A stretch of 29,847 bases of DNA from Acidobacteriota bacterium (GTDB lineage Bacteria > Acidobacteriota > Blastocatellia > Pyrinomonadales > Pyrinomonadaceae), in the NCBI GenBank assembly GCA_046730815.1, contig JBKPJS010000581.1, positions 1-29,847 of the forward strand, written 5' to 3'. Position numbers and translations under genes: made by a program. Within the stretch, counting starts at the first letter, position 1. The number at the start of each line of letters is the position of its first letter. A model generated the notes under the pieces. It worked only from the letters and a program-made list of their open reading frames with translations, was not told the origin of the DNA and ran no database searches. Of this stretch, positions 16,073 through 25,595 are shown one piece after another.

Positions 16073-19000
16073 CTAAAACTCAAAGCGAACGGCCAATTGA
16101 ATCTGACGTTCGCGGAAGAAAAATCCATTCGAAAGATCGCTCGGTGTACCGAACGTCGGATCGAACGTAGCGATCACGTTCCCGCCGGAGGCCGAGAGTA
16201 CATACATCCGGTTGTTCACTCCCGTCACCTGCGTGCGATTGAAAATGTTGAAGCCTTCCGCAAGGAATTCGATCTTCGCATTCTCCTTGATTGTAAAGCG
16301 TCGCGAGAGACGAAGATCGACATACTGGATTGACGGAGTATGGAATTCGTTGTTTGGCGTCAAGCCGAAACGAAGCGATCCATTCGAACCGTTAATGCCG
16401 CCTGCCTGGCTGGCGCCGAAAGTAGAAGCCGTAGCAACATTTGTGGCGCCAGAAGAAGGAGGCGTGAAAGCATTAGTCACCGCAGTGTAGCGGAATCCTG
16501 AATACAGGTTGACGATTGGTGCAATCGTCCATCCATTCAAGATCGCTTTTCCAGCCCCGTTAAGTCCCTCGAAGTCGGTGTTGTAAACAACGCTCGCTAC
16601 GAACTTATGACGCCGGTCAAAGGGAGACAGACCATTATCTCCCTGCGGATCGAGTGGATCGAAGAGAGCGGAAAATCCAGGCGTGAAAGTATTTGAACTC
16701 TGCGATCCACCGTTGTCCTGTGCCCGCGACAACGTGTAGCTGCTCTGAAATTGCAGACCATTGGTCAGCCGTCGATTGGCCTGCAAGACTAACGCGTGAT
16801 ACTTCGTCGAAATGCTGTCGCGAATCTCGAGGATATTCCCAAAATTCGTGTTGGGCCTGGTTCCGCGGTAGTAAGGAAATGCCCAAACCTGGCCCGCGAA
16901 TGGACCATCGACGATGTTTACTCTTCCCTGCGCGCTCGGTGGATTCAAGTTCGTATCCACGAAAGTGGTTAAGTGGTTTCCATAACTGAACAAATAGCTC
17001 GCGGAAATCACGGTGTTGCGTGCGACTTCGCGTTCAATAATCACGTCACCCTGATGGATGAGCGGATTTTGGAAACCATTCCTAAAGTAGTTGACGGCGG
17101 CAGTTCCCGCAGGCGCGCTCGCTAAAATATTCGGAAACAGGGGAGCTGCTGGATTACCCAACGGAACGCTGGCTGGGGTCGGGCAGGTCGTATTGGCTGA
17201 GGTACCGGGCGTCGGAGTACTCGGGCAAGCAGCCGGCACTGAACTGACGGCTTGACCGGTGCTGAGGCCGGTATTGATCAGAGAATTGATAATGATCGTG
17301 CCGTTTATTCGACCATAGTAAATCCCATAACCGCCGCGCACGCTGGTCTTGCCATCACCACTCACATCCGCTGCAAAACCGATTCGCGGACCAAAATTAT
17401 TCTTGTCACTCGGCCGGTTGGCAGTTTGCGGCAAAGCTGGATTTACCAGGAAAGGCTGCGGAAACTGTTCATAGTCCCAACGCACTCCTAAATTGAGTGT
17501 GAGCCGTGGTGTAACACGCCAGTCGTCCTGGGCAAAGAAGGCCCAGTCAGTAGTTCTCAATTCGAAGCGAGGTTGACCGAAACCCTGGCTATAGTTTGAG
17601 GTGTAGCATTTTCCGGCAGTTCGGGTGGAGGTTGAACATAAGGCTCCCGCAGTCCTCAACGATCCGTTTGTCGTGAAATTCACCCAGTCAACGATAAAGT
17701 CGTTGATGTTGCCATAAGTGTAGGACCCGGCTCCTGTGAAGAGGTTATCGTCGATATCTCTTACACGATTGATATCCGTGCCAAACTTGAAAGTGTGGTT
17801 CCCGGTTGTGTAGGTAATCGAATCGGCGACTTGGAACCGTCTCTCATCAGGTAAAGCTACTCTATCGAGCGAGGTCGCTTTGCCAAACGTGATTCCGTTA
17901 GTCAAAGCCACCTGAGGCGAAAAGCCATTTGCGGTAGTGGGCTCGCTTGGAAGTGGTGGTTGCGCGAATTGTGAGTTGAGCTCGTCAGCGAATTGGAAAC
18001 GAAATTCATTGATGAGCTGGCTCGACAGGGTTGAAGCCAAACGCAGATTGAGTGAGTCAGTCTCAACAAAGTCGTCGCCGAAACCGGCACGATCGCGTGT
18101 GACGGTCGCTCCGGTTTGAACTCCCGCGGGCGACTTCCATCTCAATCGATTATAGGTAGCGCTGAATTGGTGATTCGAATTTACTTGCCAATCGATCTTG
18201 GGCAGAAATAGCCTTTGATCTCCACGACGCGGCACCTCGCCGGTCAGGTCGTTAATAAAGCTCAACGCAGAGTCAATCTGGGTGTCAGTCAGCGCGCGAG
18301 CGGGATTCCTTAATGACGCTGTGAATAGAGCCGCTGTACATCCGGGAGCGGACGCAGAAGCACAGCGGTTGACCGTATTGAGGTAACCGGGAGTACTGAA
18401 AACCGCGACTCCGGGAAAATTACGTCTCTGTTCGTCATAGCTGAAGAAGAAAAACAGCGAATCTTTGACTATTGGTCCACCAATCGTTCCGCCAAACTGG
18501 TAGCGTACGTCCTTCGGCTTGAACGCCTCACGAGTAGAAACTCCGTTGACTAACCGATTGATGAATGTGTTCGGGTTACGCGCTCCCCATTTGTTATTAC
18601 GGTCGTACAAGAACGCCGAACCGTGAAACTCATTGGTTCCGGACTTGGTCACCGCGTTAATCACACCACCCGCGGAGCGTCCGTATTCAGCAGCGAAGTT
18701 TGACGTGTTAACCTGAAACTCGCGAATAGCAGCCTGGCTGATCGAATACGCACTGCGCGTACGACCTCTCTCTTCCGAGAAAAAGGCCTGATTGTTGTCG
18801 CCGCCGTCAACGGTGCTGTTGTTCAGCAATCCGGAAATCCCGCGAAAACTGATCAAGCCGAAGTTTCCGTCAGGAACGGCGCCGGGCGTAAGAATCGCGA
18901 AGTTAGACCAACGACGGCCATTGACTGGAAGTTCGTTGATGGAAGTCTGATTAAGGTTGGTGGAGAAATCCTGCTGGGTCGTATTGATCACCGGCGCGTC

Positions 19001-19369
19001 AGCGGTGACGTCTACCTGTCCTGTTACCGGACCAACCGCCAATGCGACCTCGAGATTCGTCTCACGTCCGACTTCGACTGTTACGTTGTCAACAGTCATC
19101 GGACTAAAGCCGGATGAACTTACCGTCACCGCATAGGCTCCCGGTTGCAGGTTTGCAACCTTGAAACGTCCGGTGTCGTCGGTTTCGGCCGAATCTTCCT
19201 TATTCGTTCCGATGTTCTTTACCGAAACCGCAGCACCCGCCACGACCTCTTTGTTCGGATTAGTGACAACGCCGCCGATTGAACCAGTGGTGGTCGATTG
19301 CCCAAAGGCCACAGCGCTGAGAGCGAGCACCAAAAGACACACAAATGAGAACCTTACTATTCTCGACAT
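16073..19369 (-). CDS. TonB-dependent outer-membrane receptor (Oar-like), paralog 2
   Basis: Same architecture and motifs as 12471-15713; ends VRFEF. Start moved to ATG 19369 after AAGGAG. Confidence 0.95.
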   Translation of the reverse strand: MSRIVRFSFVCLLVLALSAVAFGQSTTTGSIGGVVTNPNKEVVAGAAVSVKNIGTNKEDSAETDDTGRFKVANLQPGAYAVTVSSSGFSPMTVDNVTVEVGRETNLEVALAVGPVTGQVDVTADAPVINTTQQDFSTNLNQTSINELPVNGRRWSNFAILTPGAVPDGNFGLISFRGISGLLNNSTVDGGDNNQAFFSEERGRTRSAYSISQAAIREFQVNTSNFAAEYGRSAGGVINAVTKSGTNEFHGSAFLYDRNNKWGARNPNTFINRLVNGVSTREAFKPKDVRYQFGGTIGGPIVKDSLFFFFSYDEQRRNFPGVAVFSTPGYLNTVNRCASASAPGCTAALFTASLRNPARALTDTQIDSALSFINDLTGEVPRRGDQRLFLPKIDWQVNSNHQFSATYNRLRWKSPAGVQTGATVTRDRAGFGDDFVETDSLNLRLASTLSSQLINEFRFQFADELNSQFAQPPLPSEPTTANGFSPQVALTNGITFGKATSLDRVALPDERRFQVADSITYTTGNHTFKFGTDINRVRDIDDNLFTGAGSYTYGNINDFIVDWVNFTTNGSLRTAGALCSTSTRTAGKCYTSNYSQGFGQPRFELRTTDWAFFAQDDWRVTPRLTLNLGVRWDYEQFPQPFLVNPALPQTANRPSDKNNFGPRIGFAADVSGDGKTSVRGGYGIYYGRINGTIIINSLINTGLSTGQAVSSVPAACPSTPTPGTSANTTCPTPASVPLGNPAAPLFPNILASAPAGTAAVNYFRNGFQNPLIHQGDVIIEREVARNTVISASYLFSYGNHLTTFVDTNLNPPSAQGRVNIVDGPFAGQVWAFPYYRGTRPNTNFGNILEIRDSISTKYHALVLQANRRLTNGLQFQSSYTLSRAQDNGGSQSSNTFTPGFSALFDPLDPQGDNGLSPFDRRHKFVASVVYNTDFEGLNGAGKAILNGWTIAPIVNLYSGFRYTAVTNAFTPPSSGATNVATASTFGASQAGGINGSNGSLRFGLTPNNEFHTPSIQYVDLRLSRRFTIKENAKIEFLAEGFNIFNRTQVTGVNNRMYVLSASGGNVIATFDPTFGTPSDLSNGFFFRERQIQLAVRFEF

Positions 19370-19373
19370 ACTA

Positions 19374-19397
19374 GGGAACTCCTTAGCCAATGAGTTA
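19374..19397 (-). promoter_or_regulatory. Leader element shared with paralog 1
   Basis: TAACTCATTGGCTAAGGAGTTCCC. Confidence 0.7.
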
Positions 19398-19455
19398 CAG
19401 AGATTGAGTCAGATGAAAGCCAGGCCTGGGGGCCAATTAGCGTTCATTTGAATTT

Positions 19456-19471
19456 CGCAATAGTTGTGCCG
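19456..19471 (-). promoter_or_regulatory. Sigma54 -24/-12 promoter for receptor 2
   Basis: CGGCAC-AACTA-TTGCG, matching YGGCAC-N5-TTGC with exact GG-N10-GC spacing, 87 nt upstream of the ATG. Confidence 0.7.
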
Positions 19472-19597
19472 GATAAAGCTTTTGATCGCCTCGCTTAACG
19501 AAAGCGATGTGTGCCAATAGTTAACTCCTGGAGAGAGGTGAAGGCCCCGGCAGAACCTGCACAAGAATTTGGATTTAATCTAAAAATCGGGAAAAAC

Positions 19598-19664
19598 GAG
19601 CCGCAGATTTACGCAGAATACCGCAGATCGGATCTGATCTGCGTCGTCCGTAAATCTGCGGCTC
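19598..19664. repeat. Palindromic tandem-unit element, family A
   Basis: gagccgcagatttacgcagaataccgcagat ... atctgcgtcgtccgtaaatctgcggctc, 7 nt after the thiolase stop. Confidence 0.88.
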
Positions 19665-19671
19665 CTGTCTT

Positions 19672-20853
19672 TCACACTCGCTCGACGATCATCGCAATGC
19701 CCTGCCCGCCACCGATGCACGCAGTCGCCAAACCGTAATGTTTTCCGCGACGATGAAGTTCATGCAACACAGTCAACACCAGGCGAGTGCCAGTCGCTCC
19801 TAGCGGATGGCCGAGCGCGATCGCGCCACCGTTGACGTTCGTGCGGCTGCGGTCGAGTCCCAACTCCTTCTCGACTGCCAAATACTGTCCGGCAAAAGCC
19901 TCGTTTACTTCGATCAGGTCGATGTCGTTAAGCGATAAACCCGCCTTTGCAAGCGCCGCACGAGTCGCGGGAACAGGTCCGATGCCCATGATCTCCGGTT
20001 CAACTCCCGCGTAAGCCCAACTCACGATCCGGCCCATCGGAGTAAGGTCTTTCTCCTTCATAAACTCCTCTCCGGCAATCACAAGAGCTGCCGCACCGTC
20101 GACAATCCCGGAAGCATTCCCCGCAGTGACAAAACCATCCCGGGCAAACGCCGGTTTCAGTTTAGCCAAACCTTCGAGCGTGGTCTCCGGTCGTGGATGA
20201 TCGTCCTCATTCACTTGAACGGTGCCTTTACGCGTCTCCACTTCCACCGGAACGATCTCTTGAGCAAAAAAGCCGGCATCTTTAGCGCGCTTCGTCTCCT
20301 GCTGGGATCGTAGTGCGTACTTGTCCTGTTCCTCGCGCGAAATCTCGAATTTGCGCGCCAGGTTTTCCGCGGTTCCAGCCATCGGTGTGTTGCAGTAAGT
20401 ATCTAGCAGCGCAACCATCAAACTATCTTCGAGTTTGCCCTGGCCTAACGCGAAGCCCGATCGCGCTCCACGGATAACATGTGGCGCTTGCGACATCGAT
20501 TCCATGCCACCAACCAAACAAGTCCGCGCTTCGCCGAGCTGAATCATGTGCGCGCCTGAAACGATCGACTGAATGCCACTGCCGCAGAGTCGATTAACCG
20601 TCAGTGCCGGACGATCGAAAGGCACACCAGCCCTCAACGCTACGTGACGAGCTCCATAAATCGCGTCGCCGGAAGTTTGCAATGCATTCCCAATTACAGT
20701 GTGATCGATTTCGTCAGCGTTAACACCGGTTGCTTCCAGGGCGCCGCGTGCTGCGACTGCGCCGAGATCAATTGCCGATACGTCTTTCAGCGCGCCGACG
20801 TATTCACCCATCGGCGTGCGCTTACCTCCCAATATGAAAACGTCTTTACTCAT
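19672..20853 (-). CDS. Acetyl-CoA C-acyltransferase (thiolase)
   Basis: VNRLCGSG (nucleophile Cys), NEAF, GGAIALGHPLGATG, ACIGGGQG. Confidence 0.96.
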   Translation of the reverse strand: MSKDVFILGGKRTPMGEYVGALKDVSAIDLGAVAARGALEATGVNADEIDHTVIGNALQTSGDAIYGARHVALRAGVPFDRPALTVNRLCGSGIQSIVSGAHMIQLGEARTCLVGGMESMSQAPHVIRGARSGFALGQGKLEDSLMVALLDTYCNTPMAGTAENLARKFEISREEQDKYALRSQQETKRAKDAGFFAQEIVPVEVETRKGTVQVNEDDHPRPETTLEGLAKLKPAFARDGFVTAGNASGIVDGAAALVIAGEEFMKEKDLTPMGRIVSWAYAGVEPEIMGIGPVPATRAALAKAGLSLNDIDLIEVNEAFAGQYLAVEKELGLDRSRTNVNGGAIALGHPLGATGTRLVLTVLHELHRRGKHYGLATACIGGGQGIAMIVERV

Positions 20854-20932
20854 TCCGTAACCCCTGTTGTAAAAATCGCCTCAGTCGAAACCCTGAAGGC
20901 TAACAAACCCAAAATAGATCGTCAAATCACTC

Positions 20933-21739
20933 TCAATCCCGGAAGCGATGCTCTTGCAGGTAGCGGTGCAGTAGTTCCTCTAAGAAGCCTTCGTACGTGA
21001 AGGTGGCGAGGTCGTAGGCAGGTCGAATTTTATAAAGAATCGGCAGTGAGACTCGCCACGCCATCCACTGACGCGGCACATCAGACAGTTCCCAGCGACG
21101 ACGCAGAAATGTTTCTACTACCTGGATCTCCGGCTCGGTGAGCGTGCTCAAACTGGCAGTGAAGTTGACCGGCTTGAACGATCGACGAAGCGCCGGATCG
21201 CTCACGGGCGTGGCAAAGACTTGCGAGAACTCAGGCGCTTCTGCTTCGCGTTCACGAACAACAACCGTCCCAGCCACCATGTCGCCCACACGCTGATCGC
21301 GAGTTGTCGAGAAGACGCTGATCAAGCCGATCGAATAAAACGGAAACGGCATCATGTCGAAACTGCGCAGCAGGTTTCGTACTGATGCCTCCCAGAAAGT
21401 AATTGGGCGTCCATCCTCGCGAATCACACGTAACTTCAACCAGCGCTTGCCTGGAGTTTGTCCACTCCAAATCCATTCGAAGAATGCGAAGTAACCGGAG
21501 AACGTGAAAAACAGGAGCAGGATCATTACCGCATAGACCCACTTCGGCGCTGTCGACAGCGCTCGTTCGATGCTCGAATAGTTCGCCAGTATGATGGAGG
21601 CGACGGCGATGAGCGCCAACGAAAGTCCTTGAATCGTGTGGTCGATGGCACATGCCAGAAAGCGGTTTCCGATCGACGCCAGCGCAAAGTGCAAGGGCAC
21701 ACGCTCAGGCGTTTCGATGATCAGAATGTCTTCAGCCAT
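20933..21739 (-). CDS. RDD family membrane protein
   Basis: IETPERVPL.F.LASIGNRFLACAID, two hydrophobic segments, GQTPGKRWLKLRVIREDG, RNLLRSFD, QRVGDMVAGTVVV. Confidence 0.9.
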   Translation of the reverse strand: MAEDILIIETPERVPLHFALASIGNRFLACAIDHTIQGLSLALIAVASIILANYSSIERALSTAPKWVYAVMILLLFFTFSGYFAFFEWIWSGQTPGKRWLKLRVIREDGRPITFWEASVRNLLRSFDMMPFPFYSIGLISVFSTTRDQRVGDMVAGTVVVREREAEAPEFSQVFATPVSDPALRRSFKPVNFTASLSTLTEPEIQVVETFLRRRWELSDVPRQWMAWRVSLPILYKIRPAYDLATFTYEGFLEELLHRYLQEHRFRD

Positions 21740-21748
21740 CGGATCTTA

Positions 21749-21807
21749 GCCGCAGATGAACGCAGATGACGCAGATCAGATCGGCGTCATCTGCGTTCAT
21801 CTGCGGC
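21749..21807. repeat. Palindromic tandem-unit element, family A
   Basis: gccgcagatgaacgcagatgacgcagat ... gtcatctgcgttcatctgcggc; contains the tyrS stop. Confidence 0.88.
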
Positions 21808-23011
21808 CCTTCACGCGCATGAATTTACGCTTTCCAACCTGGATCAAGTACGACTGATCTGCACTGAAGCTGAGTTCAAAGTCAGTTTGGGTGCGCCGTT
21901 CACCTTCAACGTAAACTCCGCCTTGCTCGATCATTCGACGGGCTTCCGCCATCGATGAGACCAGACCTAGTTCAACCAGCAATCGCGGCAATTTCCAAAG
22001 TCCGGATTCCAAAGCTCGCTCCTCGATAACATCCGGTGCCTGCTTGTTCCGGAACATCGAATTGAACTCTTCTTCAGCCTTATGCGCCTCGGCGTCGGAA
22101 TAGAAGTCGGCGACGATCCGTTTGGCGAGGTCGGCCTTTATGTCGCGCGGGTTACGCTGACCTGCGTTGGCGCTTTCACGAAGCGAAGCTATCGCACTCG
22201 GCGAAAGATCGGTGCACAGCTCGTAATAACGCCACATCAGATCGTCGGAAATCGACATCACCTTGCCGAAGATCTCCTGCGGCGGCTCGCTGATGCCGAT
22301 GTAGTTTCCCAAACTCTTCGACATCTTCTGCACGCCGTCAGTTCCTTCCAACAGCGGCATGACCATCGCGACCTGCGACTCCTGCCCGTACTCTCTTTGC
22401 AGATTGCGGCCCATCAGCAAGTTGAACTTCTGATCCGTTCCGCCCAGCTCAACATCAGCCTCGAGCGCAACTGAGTCGTAAGCCATCACCAGCGGGTACA
22501 TAACTTCGTGCAGCGCGAGTGGTCGATTCGCTTCCAGTCGCTGTTGAAAATCGTCGCGTTCAAGAATCTGCCTCACGGTGACATGTGAAGAGAGTCGCAA
22601 AAAACCTGCCGAGCCCAGCGTGTTCATCCAATGAGAGTTGAATTCAATTACTGTCTTTTCCGGATCGAGCAGCTTGAAGATCTGCTGCCTGTACGTTTCG
22701 GCATTGGCCTCGATCTCTTCGCGAGTGAGTTGAGGTCGTGTGGCGTTCTTACCCGAAGGATCGCCAATCATTCCGGTGAAGTCGCCGATGAGAAAAATCG
22801 CCGTGTGGCCCAGCTCCTGGAATGCGCGAAGTTTGCGGATCACGACTGTGTGGCCCAGGTGGATGTCGGGCGCCGTCGGATCCGCGCCCAGCTTAACGCG
22901 CAAAGGCTTCCCGCTTGCGGCAGACTTCTCGAGCTTCGCGCGCAGCTCAGCTTCGCGAATGATTTCTACCGTGCCTTTGCCAAGGTATGAGAGCTGTTCG
23001 TCGAGGGTCAT
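21797..23011 (-). CDS. tyrS: Tyrosine--tRNA ligase with C-terminal S4 domain
   Basis: [13 protein letters not shown] (HIGH), [16 protein letters not shown] (KMSKS), QVGKRKF. Start moved to ATG 23011 (MTLDEQL) to avoid overlap with proC. Confidence 0.97.
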   Translation of the reverse strand: MTLDEQLSYLGKGTVEIIREAELRAKLEKSAASGKPLRVKLGADPTAPDIHLGHTVVIRKLRAFQELGHTAIFLIGDFTGMIGDPSGKNATRPQLTREEIEANAETYRQQIFKLLDPEKTVIEFNSHWMNTLGSAGFLRLSSHVTVRQILERDDFQQRLEANRPLALHEVMYPLVMAYDSVALEADVELGGTDQKFNLLMGRNLQREYGQESQVAMVMPLLEGTDGVQKMSKSLGNYIGISEPPQEIFGKVMSISDDLMWRYYELCTDLSPSAIASLRESANAGQRNPRDIKADLAKRIVADFYSDAEAHKAEEEFNSMFRNKQAPDVIEERALESGLWKLPRLLVELGLVSSMAEARRMIEQGGVYVEGERRTQTDFELSFSADQSYLIQVGKRKFMRVKGRR

Positions 23012-23059
23012 GACCCGATAGAGTAGCTCAACTGTTGAAGCGTGCGCTATCCTCATTTC

Positions 23060-23914
23060 ATGGTTGATAAAAACTCTCTAAGCAACTGTCGTTTAGCTTT
23101 CATCGGCTGCGGCGTGATGGCGGAAGCAATGATCGCCGGACTGCTGCGCCAGAAGATAGTTGGACCGGAACAAATCGTCGGCAGTCATCCCCGCCAGGCT
23201 CGTCTCGAAGAGATGCACGTCAAGTATGGCGTGGAAATGTTTGAACAGAACCGCGAGGCCGTGACCGAGACCCATCCAGAGGGACCGGATGATAGCTCCG
23301 TCGTCGTGCTTGCCATTAAGCCTCAGCGGCTGCATCGAGTGCTGGAAGAACTGAAGGGTTCGCTGGTGAAGGAGCAGCTCATCATTTCGATCGTCGCCGG
23401 CGCTAAGATTGCAACGATTGCCGAAGAGCTCTTACACGCGTCAGTGGTGCGCACGATGCCAAACACGCCGGCGCAGATTGGCGCAGGTATTACGGCGTGG
23501 ACCGCGAGCCCCGAAGTTAACGAGAAGCAGGAGGGTCAGGTTTGCGCGATATTCGACGCGCTAGGGAAAACTATTCACGTGGAGAATGAACGTCAGATCG
23601 ACATGGCGACAGCACTGAGCGCCACCGGGCCGACGTACATCTTCATGGTCATGGAAGCGCTCATCGATGCGGGAGTTCACCTTGGTTTTTCGCGGCACGT
23701 GGCCGAGGAGTTGGTCCATCAAACACTGCTGGGGTCTGTGTTATTCGCGAGGGAGTCGCACAAACATCCGGCGGAGCTGCGAAACATGGTTACTTCGCCG
23801 GGAGGGACGTCGGCCGAAGCGATCTATCAGATGGAGAAAGGCAGTTTGCGGACGATAATGTCGAAAGCTGTTTGGGCTGCTTTTCAACGTGCTGAGTCGC
23901 TGGGTAAAAATTGA
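23060..23914 (+). CDS. proC: Pyrroline-5-carboxylate reductase
   Basis: [43 protein letters not shown]. Start at ATG 23060. Confidence 0.96.
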   Translation: MVDKNSLSNCRLAFIGCGVMAEAMIAGLLRQKIVGPEQIVGSHPRQARLEEMHVKYGVEMFEQNREAVTETHPEGPDDSSVVVLAIKPQRLHRVLEELKGSLVKEQLIISIVAGAKIATIAEELLHASVVRTMPNTPAQIGAGITAWTASPEVNEKQEGQVCAIFDALGKTIHVENERQIDMATALSATGPTYIFMVMEALIDAGVHLGFSRHVAEELVHQTLLGSVLFARESHKHPAELRNMVTSPGGTSAEAIYQMEKGSLRTIMSKAVWAAFQRAESLGKN

Positions 23915-23990
23915 GCCGCAGATTTACGCAGAAAAACGCTGATGAGACAAACTTCTGATCAGCGTTTTTCTGCGTAAATCTGCGGCTCAA
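23911..23990. repeat. Palindromic tandem-unit element, family A; probable bidirectional terminator
   Basis: 33-nt perfect arms ttgagccgcagatttacgcagaaaaacgctgat / atcagcgtttttctgcgtaaatctgcggctcaa around a 14-nt spacer; includes the stops of both convergent genes proC and purN. Confidence 0.92.
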
Positions 23991-24558
23991 TACTGCTTAA
24001 CACTAGGGCTACCGCCTCAGGGTAGAGTTTGTGTTCCTGTTCTAGTATTCGCGCCGAGAGCGTCTCCACAGTGTCGCCTTCCAAAACCGGCACCGTACGC
24101 TGCGCGATGATTGGACCACCGTCAAGCGTCTCATCTACAAAGTGGACAGTGCATCCACTCACTCTCGCGCCATGCTCGAGCGCCTGACGTTGCGCATCGA
24201 GTCCCGGGAAAGCAGGCAAAAGACTCGGGTGAATGTTGAGTATCCGTTTTTTGAACGCCTCGATGAAGCAGGGCGACAGGAAACGCATGTATCCCGCGAG
24301 GCACACAAGATCGACCTCGCGCTCGCGTAAGACTGAAATGATCTCGCGCTCATGCTCTTCGCGATTGCGCCCGTGGCGTTCGACGACACGAGTTTCGATT
24401 CCGCGTTCTTTCGCCAGTGCCAGCCCGCGAGCGTCAGGCTTGTCGCTGATTACGATGCCTATTTCTGCGTTTGGGATCTTGCCGGCGCCAACAGCGTCGC
24501 TTAGCGCAAGCATGTTTGACCCACGGCCGGAAATTAAAATTGCGATCCTCTTGTTCAG
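23959..24558 (-). CDS. purN: Phosphoribosylglycinamide formyltransferase
   Basis: IAILISGRGSN (upstream of the track ATG), LAGYMRFL, LNIHPSLLPAFPG, GCTVHFVDETLDGGPII, EH.LYP. Start assigned to CTG 24558 (see findings). Confidence 0.95.
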   Translation of the reverse strand: MNKRIAILISGRGSNMLALSDAVGAGKIPNAEIGIVISDKPDARGLALAKERGIETRVVERHGRNREEHEREIISVLREREVDLVCLAGYMRFLSPCFIEAFKKRILNIHPSLLPAFPGLDAQRQALEHGARVSGCTVHFVDETLDGGPIIAQRTVPVLEGDTVETLSARILEQEHKLYPEAVALVLSSIEPQIYAEKR

Positions 24559-25586
24559 ATCAATACCTCACGATTGCCAGTCTCTACATTTCCGATCGCG
24601 TAGCACTTTTCGCCATGGTCCTGAAGATGGCCCTGAATAGTTGTGGCATCACTGGGTGAGCAAACGATCACCATGCCGGCACCCATATTAAACGTGCGAT
24701 ACATCTCGTTGTCGGAAACGTTGCCGAGACGGCGCAGCAACTCGAATAGCGAAGGTATGGGCCATGAGCCGTTTTTAATCTTCACTGCCGTGCCTGTGGG
24801 AAGGATCCGCGGGATGTTGTCGGTCAGTCCACCACCCGTGATGTGCGCCAGGCCCTTGATCAAACCCTGATCGAGCAGACCATCGAGTGGTTTCAGATAA
24901 CTGAGATGCGGCAGCAGGAGCGCCTCACCAGCGGTCATTTGCAATTCAGGCAGGTGCGTATGAGGTTCATAGGCGGCAACCTCGAAAAACAGTTTGCGAG
25001 CGAGCGAGTATCCGTTAGTGTGTAGTCCGGCGGAAGGAAGGGCGAGCAAAACGTCTCCGGCAGCGATCGTCTTTCCGTCGATGATCTTTTCGCGATCGAC
25101 CACACCGACGATAAAACCTGCGATGTCGTATTCGCCGTCCTGGTAGAAACCCGGCATCTCCGCCGTTTCACCACCCAACAACACACAACCATTTTCACGG
25201 CAGCCATTCGTTACACCCTCGACGATGCTCGCAACCACGTCAGGCGACAACTTTCCGGTCGCGATGTAATCGAGAAAGAAGAGCGGGCGCGCGCCCTGGA
25301 CCAGGATGTCGTTGACGCAATGATTGACGAGGTCACCACCGACGGTGTTGTGTACGCCCGTGGCAAAAGCGATCTTGAGCTTGGTGCCGACGCCGTCCGC
25401 TGACGCGACGAGCACCGGCTGCTTCAGCGTCGGGAACGCGCCGTCGAACATTCCACCAAAGCTTCCGATTTCGGAAAGCGTGCGCTCGTTGAAGGTCCTG
25501 CGCGCCAGCTCTTTGATCTTGTCGGTAGCTCGCGTCGCGGCATCGATATCCACGCCCGCATCGCTGTATGAAACTGGTTTTTGCAT
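24555..25586 (-). CDS. purM: Phosphoribosylformylglycinamidine cyclo-ligase (AIR synthetase)
   Basis: SYSDAGVDID, DGVGTKL, GGETAEMPG, GLHTNGYSL, HITGGG, TFNMG. Start at ATG 25586. Confidence 0.97.
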   Translation of the reverse strand: MQKPVSYSDAGVDIDAATRATDKIKELARRTFNERTLSEIGSFGGMFDGAFPTLKQPVLVASADGVGTKLKIAFATGVHNTVGGDLVNHCVNDILVQGARPLFFLDYIATGKLSPDVVASIVEGVTNGCRENGCVLLGGETAEMPGFYQDGEYDIAGFIVGVVDREKIIDGKTIAAGDVLLALPSAGLHTNGYSLARKLFFEVAAYEPHTHLPELQMTAGEALLLPHLSYLKPLDGLLDQGLIKGLAHITGGGLTDNIPRILPTGTAVKIKNGSWPIPSLFELLRRLGNVSDNEMYRTFNMGAGMVIVCSPSDATTIQGHLQDHGEKCYAIGNVETGNREVLI

Positions 25587-25595
25587 GCTTTGAGT

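Noticed and set aside
15060-19370. Receptor duplication as an assembly artefact or recent gene conversion
   Set aside because: Many synonymous substitutions even in the most similar 5' region and clear indels in the barrel show two genuine, long-diverged paralogs.
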